64,000 bases of DNA from NCBI GenBank assembly GCA_025611195.1, contig GCA_025611195.1_4718.1, one strand, 5' to 3'. The stretch comes from a phage. Below the pieces are notes generated by a model. The model was given only the letters and a program-made list of their open reading frames with translations, made no database searches and was not told the origin of the DNA. The translations under genes and the position numbers were made by a program. Positions 9,901 to 19,954 of this stretch are shown here, in pieces (positions within the stretch are counted from its first letter, which is position 1; each line of letters starts with the position of its first letter).

Positions 9901-11344
9901 GAGCTAATTTTGCGGCTTTTGGTTTGACTTCAACATACTCGGCGAGCGTGAGTCCAGAACCGTCAGGTGCTTCGATTTCATGGATGGCGTCAGCGTTACG
10001 CATCGCTGCTTTATATTGGACGCCACTTAACTGCCCCGCATCGGCCAGATCGCTCGCGCGCACCAACACCGCATCCGATAACGACTGAATATACTCACCG
10101 TGTGTTTTTGGTAACGTTGCCGCGTCAAAGACATCAACCTTTTCTTCTTCGGTATCGTCGGTAACGACTTCGAAGAGATCGTCGGTAATGTCCTGATCTT
10201 CATCAGGTTGGAAATCCGGTTGTACTTCTACCCCGGGTACTTCACGGACATCTTCGAACGTGCGTTCTACAACGGCGTTCCATGCATCAGCGTCATCGTC
10301 TTCATCCGACCCACCAACCAACTCCGCTTCTAACTCATCGGGGTCAAGAACAGTGGCCAGATCCTCACCGTTAGGAAGCACGACGTCACGATCGTCGTAT
10401 TCCGCATCCGGGTCGTCGGTAAGAATATCTCGCTCTTGACGAAGAACCTGTTCCTCTTCTTGTTTCTGTTCTTCTTCATTCGCGCTCTGCGACCACAAAC
10501 GTGTTACCGCCATCATCCAACGACGCTGGAAGGTTTCAAGTGTCGTTTTATCGAGTTCTTCCCCTTCCTTTACAAGCCCGGTACGCCATTCCTCCAGCAA
10601 GCCGAGATTCAGCGTAAAGAAGTACACACCGTCTGTAAATACAACGTTAAGCTTATCTAGCGTGGCTCTGTCTAACGAAGCCATCGTGCTGTTCTCACGA
10701 TCGGTTCCCAACCAGCGGAAGAAGTCAAAGAACGACAGCTCCTCTGGCGTGGCGAAATTCATGAGGTTGTTGCGGGTCGGTGCCTGTTGCGTGGTGCGCA
10801 TCAACGAAATCTTCGGCAATGTTGTCGGTAAACGGAACAACAAAAAGTGTTGACGATCGCTTTGCTGTGCGATTTCGTTGGCTTTCGACCAAATTGTTTT
10901 ACGTACGTTGAACCATTCATCATACCAACGGGTGAGCGTTGGACGATAGATGTACATGTGGTTAAGATGCGCGTAGTTAGCAACGATCTGAGCGTTGATG
11001 TTTTTCTCCACCGTACTTAGATCGGTAACCAAACGAAAACGACGATGCGATGCACGATAATCCAATTTCGCTCGTGGAAGTTGGAATCGTTGATCACGTC
11101 GAGGTGCGCCTTGTTTGGTTGCGAGATCATCCGCAAACGAAATCCATAGTTGAGCATTTTCTTTACTCAGCATGTATTCGTTTTCTGGAGGACCTATCAA
11201 TGATGGATCCGTTGCGGTGTAATGATAGACAGCATAACGCGGCAGCTGCAATAGCTGCACTAAACGTAATCTTGGTGATAGTAGCTCTTGGTAGCGTCTG
11301 ACACCGAACTGTCGGTAGTAATCAAGGTATTTAAGTTTTGCCAT
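6998..11344 (-). CDS. RNA polymerase beta'-like subunit, C-terminal fragment (1448 aa)
   Basis: NNAGRWLTRQLTAM resembles the beta' bridge helix (ANSGYLTRRLVDV). Roughly 100-aa highly acidic insertion. GGAG RBS lies inside the end of the upstream ORF. Confidence 0.5.
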   Translation of the reverse strand: MAKLKYLDYYRQFGVRRYQELLSPRLRLVQLLQLPRYAVYHYTATDPSLIGPPENEYMLSKENAQLWISFADDLATKQGAPRRDQRFQLPRAKLDYRASHRRFRLVTDLSTVEKNINAQIVANYAHLNHMYIYRPTLTRWYDEWFNVRKTIWSKANEIAQQSDRQHFLLFRLPTTLPKISLMRTTQQAPTRNNLMNFATPEELSFFDFFRWLGTDRENSTMASLDRATLDKLNVVFTDGVYFFTLNLGLLEEWRTGLVKEGEELDKTTLETFQRRWMMAVTRLWSQSANEEEQKQEEEQVLRQERDILTDDPDAEYDDRDVVLPNGEDLATVLDPDELEAELVGGSDEDDDADAWNAVVERTFEDVREVPGVEVQPDFQPDEDQDITDDLFEVVTDDTEEEKVDVFDAATLPKTHGEYIQSLSDAVLVRASDLADAGQLSGVQYKAAMRNADAIHEIEAPDGSGLTLAEYVEVKPKAAKLAPAKVMPEADVIVDKSLCKSTLAVWDKHYVEHVMQKDIAAAVVAVQQAGYPVTGYKVEDVVDVMGDYQVITIKLAPVGGVPTTFPVMLPKVRKDGIYVVNGIKYRMRKQRVDKPIRKVSSSEVALSTAYGKVFVKRSERVVNNAGRWLTRQLTAMYYDKSSPLTTLKRGNVFDPAVKVPYYFAVLARNYTQIQFADWDIRLDIKTLPEFIGEDRFNEQLAEGLLTFARNTSDEFLAIDERNQLYICQSGQTPTPVGTFPDFFGINAAKMPIEAADLEFMGVRIPVGIVLSYLGGLTPLLEHLKANYRTVPRGSRMGLAADEFAVSFDDESLIFSKDDRMTTLLLGGFNEYRNYIGYARGAFDNRDIYFNVVDGAGLKVRHLRELELMERLFVDPVSRTLLQNMGEPTDFAMLLLRAVELLLDDWAPNTNDVNYQRFKTYDKFAELVYKDLVGAIRQNENSSQGNRQKISISPVSVWNQILDDSASIVIDETNPMLDIKQGEEATMTGIGGRSKTSLRRARDREYDKSDVGIVSEGTKDSGDVGISAYLAPNANIVSVYGETRPFDEKTDGISSVMSTSALAVPAVDRDDGKRLVFVGIQHNRMIAAEGYDVQPWRTGGETVIAHRVGKLFAAAAQGDGVVKKVTKTALTVQYDDPELGEEVFQLGTIIGKGPGKYYPHDLITDYKVGDRVKDQDVVVFHRLYFKRDWWNPGQVVWRAGVLSLVGILDIPETHEDSSYIFDNLAERLVTPSIKSRTLIVDAHLNIRGLVKIGDHVEPRTILATLEEPIATDLSDESQEAVEALRRMSQYNPRADVHGEVVQIDVLYRAQIEDMSETMAALVGDADKARAKRVKELKLNEATTGRINNSNVRIDGNPLGENQIAIRIFMRYDLGAGMGDKGTFAAQAKSVVSSVGHGVNKTEDGHTLDAIFSGTSIANRIIGSPEVVGTVNLGLLYATERAVDIYFNDAK

Positions 11345-11347
11345 GGG

Positions 11348-12994
11348 TTAGGCTCCACGAGGTCCCGTTAAGTTGCGTAATAGGAACGCAACCGTATCGT
11401 AACCAATATCAATGTTGAATTTATTTTTACCACTTACCCAGAAAGCTCGCTTCTTGTGCGAGTTGGTAATTTCGTCAATAGCTTCCATGGAATAAAGAAC
11501 GTTAACCGAGACCGTATCACCATCAAAGTCCCCACCAAGTCCGGCAAGGTATGGGGCTGGGACAATCGTCGTTTCTACGAACGATGCATTAGGTAACCAG
11601 TCGGGGTATTCCCATGCGATAAATCGTTCATCCGTTATTGGTTCCCAGTTACTATCCAGTTCGGTTTTCGGTTTTGCGGCAACGGTTGTACGTGCGTAAC
11701 AGGTCAACGGAATGACGGATTGCATACCGGATACCGGATAACGTGTTACCATCGCAGCCAGGTTATTCCAGTATTTATATCCGGCGATGTACACTAATTC
11801 GGTATACGTGATAGGGTGAACATCCGCACCAGGCTTATTCAGCATCTCTGGAGGTAATTCACTCATGCCACGGAATAACCGAAACGAATCATTATTTACA
11901 TAGACGAGACAAAGATAACGTCCATTAACCATGATAGGTTCATTGCGCACACCTGGATCGCTTAAGGTGTTCAATAAACGTTCTATTCCGTCCCACGTTG
12001 TAAAGTCATCGATGGTGTCTGGATCAAGCGTGACGCGCTCACGTTCCATCGTTTCGGTATCGATAAGCTCAACTTCGGTAACATCACGGACAAATATTTC
12101 CTGCAAAATACCGGTACGTAACGCGTGTTGCGTCACGGGTAGGGCGGCTTTGCTCATCTGGTATAACCCTAACTGAACAGCTGTGCAAGAAGGCTGGTTA
12201 GGCGACCCTAGTACCTCCGTTGTGGGGTTAATTGCCGAAATAACGTTACGGGTTGAGTTCCAAACGCGACGTGAGCCGAACTTACCTTGGAAGATCCCTT
12301 TCTTACCCTGGAACATATCCAACAACAAAGCGTAGATATCGTTAAATGTTCTCTGTAAGCTCCAGCGTTGACCGTCGTAAACGGGATCGGAATAATCTTT
12401 TAATCCATCAGGGACGGTGTTAGAAATTGCAAGGAAACGACGATACAACTCCGTGATTTCTTGCTCGCTTTCATACCCGCCTTCTTTTACTTCTATTTCA
12501 CGTAAGCCCGCAGGTAAAACCAGTAAGTGACGGGTCATCGCTTTGAACATGTTCTCTTCGACAACTTTAATTCGTAGCTCTCGTTGAGCTGAACCCGTTG
12601 AAACGAACTTGATATCCGCGACGTGTTGTGCAAAGAACCCGTATCCTGTTTGTCCTGTTAACGCATCAGACGCAACGAAGTCGCGTTGTTCAGGATCCCA
12701 ACGAGCATACGCCTTTCCTGACATGATATCACCATAGAGGTGTTTTAGTCGAATGAGGCGGTCGTAAATGACAGGGTGCAGGATTTCAACTTTGCATTCA
12801 ATCACCGCAAATCGACGATCTCGATCTTCACTACCTGCACTACCAAAGATGGTGTAAGAATAGAAACCATCATCGTGGAAATTACCGGTGCTTGGGTCAC
12901 GAATGCTCATGCTCGTGATCTTGGGGAGAAAACGTAACTGCTGTTTATCGAGGTGCAAAATACTAATATTAAACGGCTCTCTGACTTTAGCCAT
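11348..12994 (-). CDS. RNA polymerase beta'-like subunit, N-terminal fragment with DFDGD catalytic motif
   Basis: C-terminal GGDFDGDTVSVNVLYSMEA matches beta' NADFDGDQMAVHVPLTLEA. Start placed at ATG 12994 (GAGGAG RBS) not ORF-track 13036. Confidence 0.6.
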   Translation of the reverse strand: MAKVREPFNISILHLDKQQLRFLPKITSMSIRDPSTGNFHDDGFYSYTIFGSAGSEDRDRRFAVIECKVEILHPVIYDRLIRLKHLYGDIMSGKAYARWDPEQRDFVASDALTGQTGYGFFAQHVADIKFVSTGSAQRELRIKVVEENMFKAMTRHLLVLPAGLREIEVKEGGYESEQEITELYRRFLAISNTVPDGLKDYSDPVYDGQRWSLQRTFNDIYALLLDMFQGKKGIFQGKFGSRRVWNSTRNVISAINPTTEVLGSPNQPSCTAVQLGLYQMSKAALPVTQHALRTGILQEIFVRDVTEVELIDTETMERERVTLDPDTIDDFTTWDGIERLLNTLSDPGVRNEPIMVNGRYLCLVYVNNDSFRLFRGMSELPPEMLNKPGADVHPITYTELVYIAGYKYWNNLAAMVTRYPVSGMQSVIPLTCYARTTVAAKPKTELDSNWEPITDERFIAWEYPDWLPNASFVETTIVPAPYLAGLGGDFDGDTVSVNVLYSMEAIDEITNSHKKRAFWVSGKNKFNIDIGYDTVAFLLRNLTGPRGA

Positions 12995-13239
12995 GGAGAC
13001 ACTCCTCTTTACCACCACCGGCTGCGGCGGTATCATCTGAACACACGAGAGACGTAATGGGTGACGCCATCACCCATCGCTTCCTTGCTTGAGGCGAGGA
13101 AGTTATTAGGTTACGTACCTGCCTGATTTTATCAGGTGGGCGATGTGTGAAGTTACGCTTCAACATTATCAATGCCGAAGGTAAGCTTCGTGCATCACGT
13201 TCCAACGTAACATGGGAACGTATCGAACTGGAGGTATAC

Positions 13240-16200
13240 ATGGTAGATAAAACCCGTGTTGAGGGTGATGATAATTGGGATAACTGGGATGATGACTTCT
13301 CCCTGGATCTCGATTTTAACGAACCCAAAGACGATCGTAAACCGATAACACGCTTTGCGGTAGGAGCGGTTAAAGGTGCTGCTGAGGATCTTACTTCCTA
13401 CGAAAGAATGAAGGAGATCGCCAGAAACGCATTGCCTAAGGGCTATAGCGACGGTATGGATCTTATTGATTCCGCCGTCGGATCCACGAAGGAACTATAC
13501 AATGAAGCCGTTCGTGACGTTCTTCCTAAGGTCCAAAGCTCAAAACGGTTAGCTGCACAACTGACCAAGAAATACCGTGCAAGCATGCCCGATTTCTCGA
13601 AGAAAATTCTTGAGCAATGGGAGCAAGAAGCCAAGGAAGAAGACGAACGTAAACAAGCTGAAGAAACTCTTCGTCAACGCATGGCGAGCGCGGGGGACGA
13701 TGAGATCGCCCGCAAGGTTGCCGAGGCATTAGGCGAATCAGCAAACCAAAGCGCAGATCAGTTCGCTGAACAGCAAGCGAAAGAAAGTATCCGTGACGAT
13801 ATCGCTGACAAACGGTACGCTGTAACCAACAAACAAATGAGTGCGATGCAAGAAGGCGTCGCCAAGATGGTTGGTTTCAACAATGAATTCGCTGCACGCT
13901 ACATGCGTAAAAGCCTGGAACTGAAATATCGTTCCTTAGCGATTCAACGTGCAAGTTTCGACCAGCATAAAAAGTTAGCCGAAGTCTATATCGGTTTATT
14001 ACAAAACATCCAGAAGAATACGGCTTTACCTGATGCGGCTAAAGCAAAAATGTCGGAAGAATTCCGTCGTAGTGCGTACCAACGTTTCTTTGGTAATGCG
14101 TTAGATGCGATGAGTTCTTTCGAGAACCGTTTCTTTGCTGATGTTAAGAAGAACCTTGCCACCAACGCATTAGGCGCTTTAAAAGGCGTCGTGTCTGGCG
14201 CAAACGATGCGTTATACGGTTTAAACGAAGCACGTGACTCGATGTCCATGATGGACGGGATGGGGTCAGAAGGCGATATTAAGGAAATGCAAGGAAAGAT
14301 GTTGGGTCAGTTCATTGGCTCAACTGTCGCACCATGGATGGCTAATAAAGGTAGGATGGCGTTACGCGATTTAGCAAAACGTCACCCCAATGCTAAATTC
14401 GCTAGCGCGTTAAAAGCCGTGGATCAAGGTGGTGAGGCTGCCGCATACACAACGCGTAATCTCGGTAAACTGCTCCAGGAAGATATTCGTAAGAACGAAT
14501 TCAATCTTAGCGATCCGTTTTACAAGCAATTGTTACGCGGTGCGGGGCGTTGGGCGTTCAACATGGACAGCGGACGTAACTTCCGTGTGATGAACGACAC
14601 CGCTGAAACATTGGCGGAACAAACGTCTTTCGACGGTTTAACCTACCGCAGTATCAATGAAGTTATTCCTGGCTTTCTTGCACGCATTCTGAAAAGCAGT
14701 GAGGGTATCCGCACCGGAAACAGCGATCCAGACTACGAGGTCTATGACGGCATCAGCGGGCAATTCGTGTCTCAGCGTACGCGTGAACAAAGCGTCAACG
14801 ACACACTGTTTAACAAACGTACATTTGGTTATTACGCCAGCCGTTTCAACGAGGTTATCTCGGTCATCGATCCCGATAAACAATTATCGGAAAAAGCCAG
14901 AAAGGCGCTGGCTAAGCAGTTGGCACGAGATAGCGACGCGAACATCGCATTCGACCCGGCTCGTTTTACGGATGAAAGCAACTTCGATCGTAGTATCGAT
15001 CGTGACGCTATTAAGGAACTTTCCGCGTACTTTCGTGACCGTTATGGTATTCGTGACGATATCAACGATAAAGGCGAACGTCATCAGGTCATTGGAAACC
15101 GCGGACAATATTACACGGAACGTAACCGAGCTGATCTTCGCTACGGTAATCTGAAATCTTTACAACCGGATATCCAGCGTAACCTTAACCTACTGAAACG
15201 TACTGGTGACGTCCAATATCTGGAACGTATCGGTATTGTGACGAGAAATAGCGACGGAAGCTACTCGGTTAATCACGATCGTTATTTCTCTGAAATTGAT
15301 CAATACATCGACCGACCAGAGTACGCTGACCGTGGCGATGTCAATACGCGATTAACCTCTCAGGAAACAAGAGCGCTGGCGCTGGGTTACCGTGACGCAA
15401 AACCATCAACAGGCGACGTCCAAAATGCAGGTCTGCCGAACATCGAACGTAAGGTTGCTGGAACAGTAACCATTGATGAAAACATCGGCTACGATAAATG
15501 GTGGAACGACACGGGTGTTATCACCACATCGCTTGAAGAACAGAATCGAGCATGGCAAGAACTCTATCTCGAAGCGCTGTCTGAAGCATCCGAACAACGT
15601 GTTGAAATGCTTACGTTACTGAAAGCCATTTCTGAGAAAGACTGGTCTAATAACGTTTCACTGGATGGCGAAGATGTACCTGAAGGTACGGCACCTATTT
15701 CCTTTATCGATCGCGCCAAACAAAAACTCGGTGCGCGTAACCTCTTTAAAGGCGGCCGTAATCTCCTCTGGAAAGGAATTAAAAATACCGCACGATTGGG
15801 TGTTAAAGGCGCACGTTGGGGTGCAGAACGTACATTAGGTAGTTTGGTAAATTCCGGCCGACGCATTATCAACTTCAACCGATTCGTGTTCGGTGCGTTA
15901 TCCAAAGTCGATCAGGTTCCGTTTGACATTTACGTTAAAGGGGAATCCCAACCACGCATACTGGCTGCCAAACTTCGTCAGGGGTTATACTTCGACGAAG
16001 CGACAGGAAAAGCCGTAAAACGAATGAAGGATATCAAAGGCCCACTCGTTGATGCAGATGGAAACATCGTAATCAGCAACGAGGATATCGAGAAAGGGTT
16101 GGTCACTCGCGCTGGTCGTGCCTTTGAGAATTCAGGACTTAAAGCGTGGGCGCATGAAGGTCTTAATGGAATAACGACGGTCTTAAGTCTGCCGCGGATG

Positions 16201-19200
16201 TTAAAACGCGGTGCGGTTGAGATCTACAAACAGCTTGACAAAACGCCCGACGTTTACGTCAAGGGAGAATCAACGCCTCGTCTATTATCCATGGTGTTAG
16301 CAGCGGGTGGGTATTTCCGTCGCTCTGATGGACAAACCATCAAAAATCTTGAAGACATCGATGGCGATGTTGTTGATGCACAAGGTAACGTCGTACTTAC
16401 GCTTGCCGACATGCAGAAAGGGCTTGTCGATAAATACGGTAAAGCGATTCGTCGCTTAAAAGAAAAGCTCATCAACTTCGGTGTAAAAGCTTTTACATTA
16501 CCGTTAACGCTGCTACGTAAGACAAAGGACATCCTTAAAACCCTTCCAGGTAAAACCGTTAACGGCCTACGACGGATGGGATTAAATTTCCAATCACCTG
16601 ACGCATTATTGGTGGGAACAACGTCGAGCATGGTAGATCGCCTCGACGCTATTTACCAGCTTCTCGACCAACGTATGCCGGGTGGTGACAGGGATTATCG
16701 CGATTGGAATGGGGATGGTGTTCGAGAAGGATCGTTGGAAGACCTGAAACGTAAACGTGCAGCCAAGGAAAACGGTAAGGATGACACCGGCAAAGATTCC
16801 AATAAAGGAGAAGAAAAGGAGAAGAAACGAGGATTACTCGGAAGCCTTTTCGATATGCTTGGCGATACCGCATTAGGTAAACGACTCATGGCGAGTCCGC
16901 TTGGAAAAATTCTAGGTGGTCTTGGGGCGGTGTTAAGCGGCGGAGCATCGTTAACCGGATTGTTGGGCAAGGGTCTCATTAGTGGAACCGGCGCGCTAGT
17001 CAAGGGAGGACTAAGTGCGGCAGGATGGTTAGGCCGTGGTGCGTTAATGGCGGGCGGGGCCGCATTGAACGCTGTTGGTGGTTTATCGGGATTAGGCGCA
17101 TTCCTTATATCACCTGTTGGGCTTGCTATTGCTGGCGGCGCATTGGCTGCTTATGCAGGATGGAAGATCTATCAACATTTCGCCGAGAAGCCCGACCCGA
17201 TGCAGAAGCTCCGTCTTATTGCATACGGTGCAAAAGGGGACGATAAAGACTTCAATAAGAAGCTGCTTGCGACAGAAACATACCTCACCGACCATGTGGT
17301 TATGACCGGGGATACCATCGGATTCGATCCGAAAGCGGATTCTGAAAAGATTCTCGAAATCTGGGAATTGTCCCTGGAAGATTCCGACCGAATGAACGAA
17401 TGGAAACGCTGGTATCTGCATCGTTTTATTCCTGTTTTCGCTCGTGCGTACAAACTCTGGAAAGAGCATATGCCGGACGAGAAGAAATACATGGAAATGG
17501 ATAAATATCCGAACGGTGAGAACAAGGTGAAATGGTCGGAAGCGTTTATCTGGCCTTCTGATAGTCCTGACGGCCCGTATTACGTCGAAGCTAACCCGTT
17601 GGGTTCTTCTGGTGCGACGCGTTATATTGCTGGTCAAGACGTCAAAACCTTGATGCTGAAACAACTCGAAGCCATCAAGAAAGAGTACCAGAATCAGATT
17701 AAGCAATACACTCATGATGAGGCTATTGCTGATTGGTCACGGATGTCTGACACACAACGTAAATCCGTTGCACCTAACGCATTACGTGGTCAGAAAGCGT
17801 CGTTACGTTTTAACGATAAACGTTACAACAGCGCTGGCGCTAAAGGACGACAGAAGCTTGACGCAACCGCCGTTATTGAAAGCGTAGACCGCCGTGGTAG
17901 GAAATGGGTTGCTGGCGGGTACATCGATGAACTCACCAGTCTCCGTGTTCGCGCGTACGGTATCAAGGTTCCGTTGTTAAGTCAGATAAAAGTGCTGATG
18001 GAACTCGAAGACGCTGTGGAACCTGGTGTAGTCGCTGAAGGTAAAGGGGTTAAATACGGTGGCGATCTTGTCGCGCTCTACAAGAAATTCGCGACGAAGT
18101 TCGGAAGAGACGTTAACAGCAAGCAGGATCAGGATATCTGGTTTGCTTGGATGAATAACCGTTTCCTGCCTGTCTTTTTAACCTATTACCAACAAGTTAG
18201 CGACATGGGCGGTCAAGGTCTTCTGTCCGACGTGGTACAGAACCTGAAAGACAGCCAACGTTGGGAAATCGGTGAAGCACTTGTCGCAACGCAATACCGT
18301 GATGAGAAAGGTGCACTACAGCCTGTATGGACCTGGAATAGTTGTGGTTTCTCCGGTACTGAAGCTAACACCACCAGCAGTTCAACAAAGAGCCAACTCG
18401 ATCTGTTAAAAGAATATGCGGATAAAGAGAAGGTTCGTGAGAAGAACGCGGAAGCATCGCAAGAGGATACCGAGAAATTATCGAAGATCCAAGAGCTGAT
18501 GATGAAGCAGGCTGGGTACGAGAAGAAAGACGGTGTTTGGCAGAAGAAATCTCGCATTACCGGTGGGATGAGTAACGCCGAAGCGAATTACAACCCCAAT
18601 GGGAATAGGGTAGGTGCAAGCAGCTTTACTGCTTCGGCTACTTCCAGTGCTGGGTTGGGGTCAACCGGCGATCTTACCGGATTGCCTAACATGGGCTTAC
18701 AGAAACCTGCAACGGGACCAGGTCCTGAAGCTGGGCGACGTACGCTTGTTAAATCTGCTGTGAAACACGGTATTACCGATCCAATGGAAATGGCGATGTT
18801 CCTTGCGAACATCGAACATGAATCGGGGAACTACAGTCACGTACGTGAGGGGAACTATAAGACACCAGAGCGTCTTAAACAGGTCTTCCCTTACAAATTC
18901 CGTGATGTGCAGGATGCCGCACAAACGATCAGCATGGGACCGGAAGCGGTATTCGAACGTGTGTATGGTAATCGTAAAGATCTAGGAAACACACAGAAAG
19001 GGGACGGGGCGAAGTATTTAGGACGTGGCTTCATTCAGGTTACCGGTAAAGCTAACTACGCTCGTCTGTCCAAGACCTTGAATAAGGATCTTGTCAGCGA
19101 TCCGACCTACCTGGAAACGCCGGAAGGTGCGGCGGAAGGTAGTGTCGCATGGTGGCTCAACCGAGGTAACGTGTTACGCGATCCCGCAAAACGGGGTGAC

Positions 19201-19905
19201 GTACGCCAAGTTCGTTATCTGGTTAACGGTGGCTATAACGGATTACGTGATGTTGAACAACGTTCAGCTTATTGGATTCAGGCGGCTAAGAACGGCACCC
19301 TGAAGAAAATGATGGACGAGTTATCAGGGTCAACATCAGACGATCAAGCTGAAGGACCGACCACCGCCGAGCAGGTTAAGAACGAAGCAGCACAAGAGGC
19401 AAACGGAACACCTGCTGTAAGCAACGATCCGCAAGCCCCAGTATCTTCTACTACCCCTGAAGCTAAACCGTCTGCGGCTGCCGGGACGGCCCCAGCACCT
19501 GGAGAAGCATCACCAACGCCTGGAAGTTTCGAAACAGCAAAAGCCGCGGCAGGACAACCGACATCAACACCAGCGCCTAGCGATTTGCCGTCAAACCCGG
19601 GCGCAAATCGAGGGATATCGGTTCCGAATACGCCTGCACAGGTTGCGCAGTCTGCGACACAAACATCGGTTGCAAGTGAGAACTTCTACGGTAGCGCTGG
19701 TGAAATTCTCCGACAGCAGCTGACCACACAGCAGAACATCGAGAAGAACACCGGTAGAACGAATGAACTTATTTCGGAATTAATCCAAGCCGTTAAGGGT
19801 TCTTCTATCGGTAAGGGTTCTGCAGGTCCTTCTCAACAACAGACGATGTCGCTACCTAATCGTCCGCAAGGAATCTCTCCAACACGGACAAGGTACGCAC
19901 AGTAG
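13240..19905 (+). CDS. giant virion-associated protein with C-terminal GH19-like peptidoglycan hydrolase domain
   Basis: 2221 aa from ATG 13240 (GGAGG RBS). Gly-rich hydrophobic segment (GLLGSLFDMLG...AIAGGALAAYAGW). C-terminal FLANIEHESGNY...YLGRGFIQVTGKANY resembles GH19 lysozyme motifs. Confidence 0.65.
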   Translation: MVDKTRVEGDDNWDNWDDDFSLDLDFNEPKDDRKPITRFAVGAVKGAAEDLTSYERMKEIARNALPKGYSDGMDLIDSAVGSTKELYNEAVRDVLPKVQSSKRLAAQLTKKYRASMPDFSKKILEQWEQEAKEEDERKQAEETLRQRMASAGDDEIARKVAEALGESANQSADQFAEQQAKESIRDDIADKRYAVTNKQMSAMQEGVAKMVGFNNEFAARYMRKSLELKYRSLAIQRASFDQHKKLAEVYIGLLQNIQKNTALPDAAKAKMSEEFRRSAYQRFFGNALDAMSSFENRFFADVKKNLATNALGALKGVVSGANDALYGLNEARDSMSMMDGMGSEGDIKEMQGKMLGQFIGSTVAPWMANKGRMALRDLAKRHPNAKFASALKAVDQGGEAAAYTTRNLGKLLQEDIRKNEFNLSDPFYKQLLRGAGRWAFNMDSGRNFRVMNDTAETLAEQTSFDGLTYRSINEVIPGFLARILKSSEGIRTGNSDPDYEVYDGISGQFVSQRTREQSVNDTLFNKRTFGYYASRFNEVISVIDPDKQLSEKARKALAKQLARDSDANIAFDPARFTDESNFDRSIDRDAIKELSAYFRDRYGIRDDINDKGERHQVIGNRGQYYTERNRADLRYGNLKSLQPDIQRNLNLLKRTGDVQYLERIGIVTRNSDGSYSVNHDRYFSEIDQYIDRPEYADRGDVNTRLTSQETRALALGYRDAKPSTGDVQNAGLPNIERKVAGTVTIDENIGYDKWWNDTGVITTSLEEQNRAWQELYLEALSEASEQRVEMLTLLKAISEKDWSNNVSLDGEDVPEGTAPISFIDRAKQKLGARNLFKGGRNLLWKGIKNTARLGVKGARWGAERTLGSLVNSGRRIINFNRFVFGALSKVDQVPFDIYVKGESQPRILAAKLRQGLYFDEATGKAVKRMKDIKGPLVDADGNIVISNEDIEKGLVTRAGRAFENSGLKAWAHEGLNGITTVLSLPRMLKRGAVEIYKQLDKTPDVYVKGESTPRLLSMVLAAGGYFRRSDGQTIKNLEDIDGDVVDAQGNVVLTLADMQKGLVDKYGKAIRRLKEKLINFGVKAFTLPLTLLRKTKDILKTLPGKTVNGLRRMGLNFQSPDALLVGTTSSMVDRLDAIYQLLDQRMPGGDRDYRDWNGDGVREGSLEDLKRKRAAKENGKDDTGKDSNKGEEKEKKRGLLGSLFDMLGDTALGKRLMASPLGKILGGLGAVLSGGASLTGLLGKGLISGTGALVKGGLSAAGWLGRGALMAGGAALNAVGGLSGLGAFLISPVGLAIAGGALAAYAGWKIYQHFAEKPDPMQKLRLIAYGAKGDDKDFNKKLLATETYLTDHVVMTGDTIGFDPKADSEKILEIWELSLEDSDRMNEWKRWYLHRFIPVFARAYKLWKEHMPDEKKYMEMDKYPNGENKVKWSEAFIWPSDSPDGPYYVEANPLGSSGATRYIAGQDVKTLMLKQLEAIKKEYQNQIKQYTHDEAIADWSRMSDTQRKSVAPNALRGQKASLRFNDKRYNSAGAKGRQKLDATAVIESVDRRGRKWVAGGYIDELTSLRVRAYGIKVPLLSQIKVLMELEDAVEPGVVAEGKGVKYGGDLVALYKKFATKFGRDVNSKQDQDIWFAWMNNRFLPVFLTYYQQVSDMGGQGLLSDVVQNLKDSQRWEIGEALVATQYRDEKGALQPVWTWNSCGFSGTEANTTSSSTKSQLDLLKEYADKEKVREKNAEASQEDTEKLSKIQELMMKQAGYEKKDGVWQKKSRITGGMSNAEANYNPNGNRVGASSFTASATSSAGLGSTGDLTGLPNMGLQKPATGPGPEAGRRTLVKSAVKHGITDPMEMAMFLANIEHESGNYSHVREGNYKTPERLKQVFPYKFRDVQDAAQTISMGPEAVFERVYGNRKDLGNTQKGDGAKYLGRGFIQVTGKANYARLSKTLNKDLVSDPTYLETPEGAAEGSVAWWLNRGNVLRDPAKRGDVRQVRYLVNGGYNGLRDVEQRSAYWIQAAKNGTLKKMMDELSGSTSDDQAEGPTTAEQVKNEAAQEANGTPAVSNDPQAPVSSTTPEAKPSAAAGTAPAPGEASPTPGSFETAKAAAGQPTSTPAPSDLPSNPGANRGISVPNTPAQVAQSATQTSVASENFYGSAGEILRQQLTTQQNIEKNTGRTNELISELIQAVKGSSIGKGSAGPSQQQTMSLPNRPQGISPTRTRYAQ

Positions 19906-19916
19906 TCATTAGTTAA

Positions 19917-19935
19917 GGGCGGGAGATTCCCGCCC
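19917..19935 (+). terminator. hairpin downstream of giant gene (terminator or attenuator)
   Basis: GGGCGGGA-GAT-TCCCGCCC followed by TCTTCTT. Confidence 0.4.
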
Positions 19936-19954
19936 TCTTCTTGAGGAATGTTAC

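Noticed and set aside
12987-13328. 113-aa minus-strand ORF spanning the divergent promoter region
   Set aside because: Overlaps the starts of both flanking genes, Ser/Arg-rich, no RBS; most likely non-coding.
14699-17715. Antisense and alternate-frame ORFs inside the 2221-aa gene (for example 14699..15154, 17110..17715, 15564..15905)
   Set aside because: Fully nested in a long, well-supported coding frame; Arg/Ser-rich composition typical of off-frame translation; no RBS.
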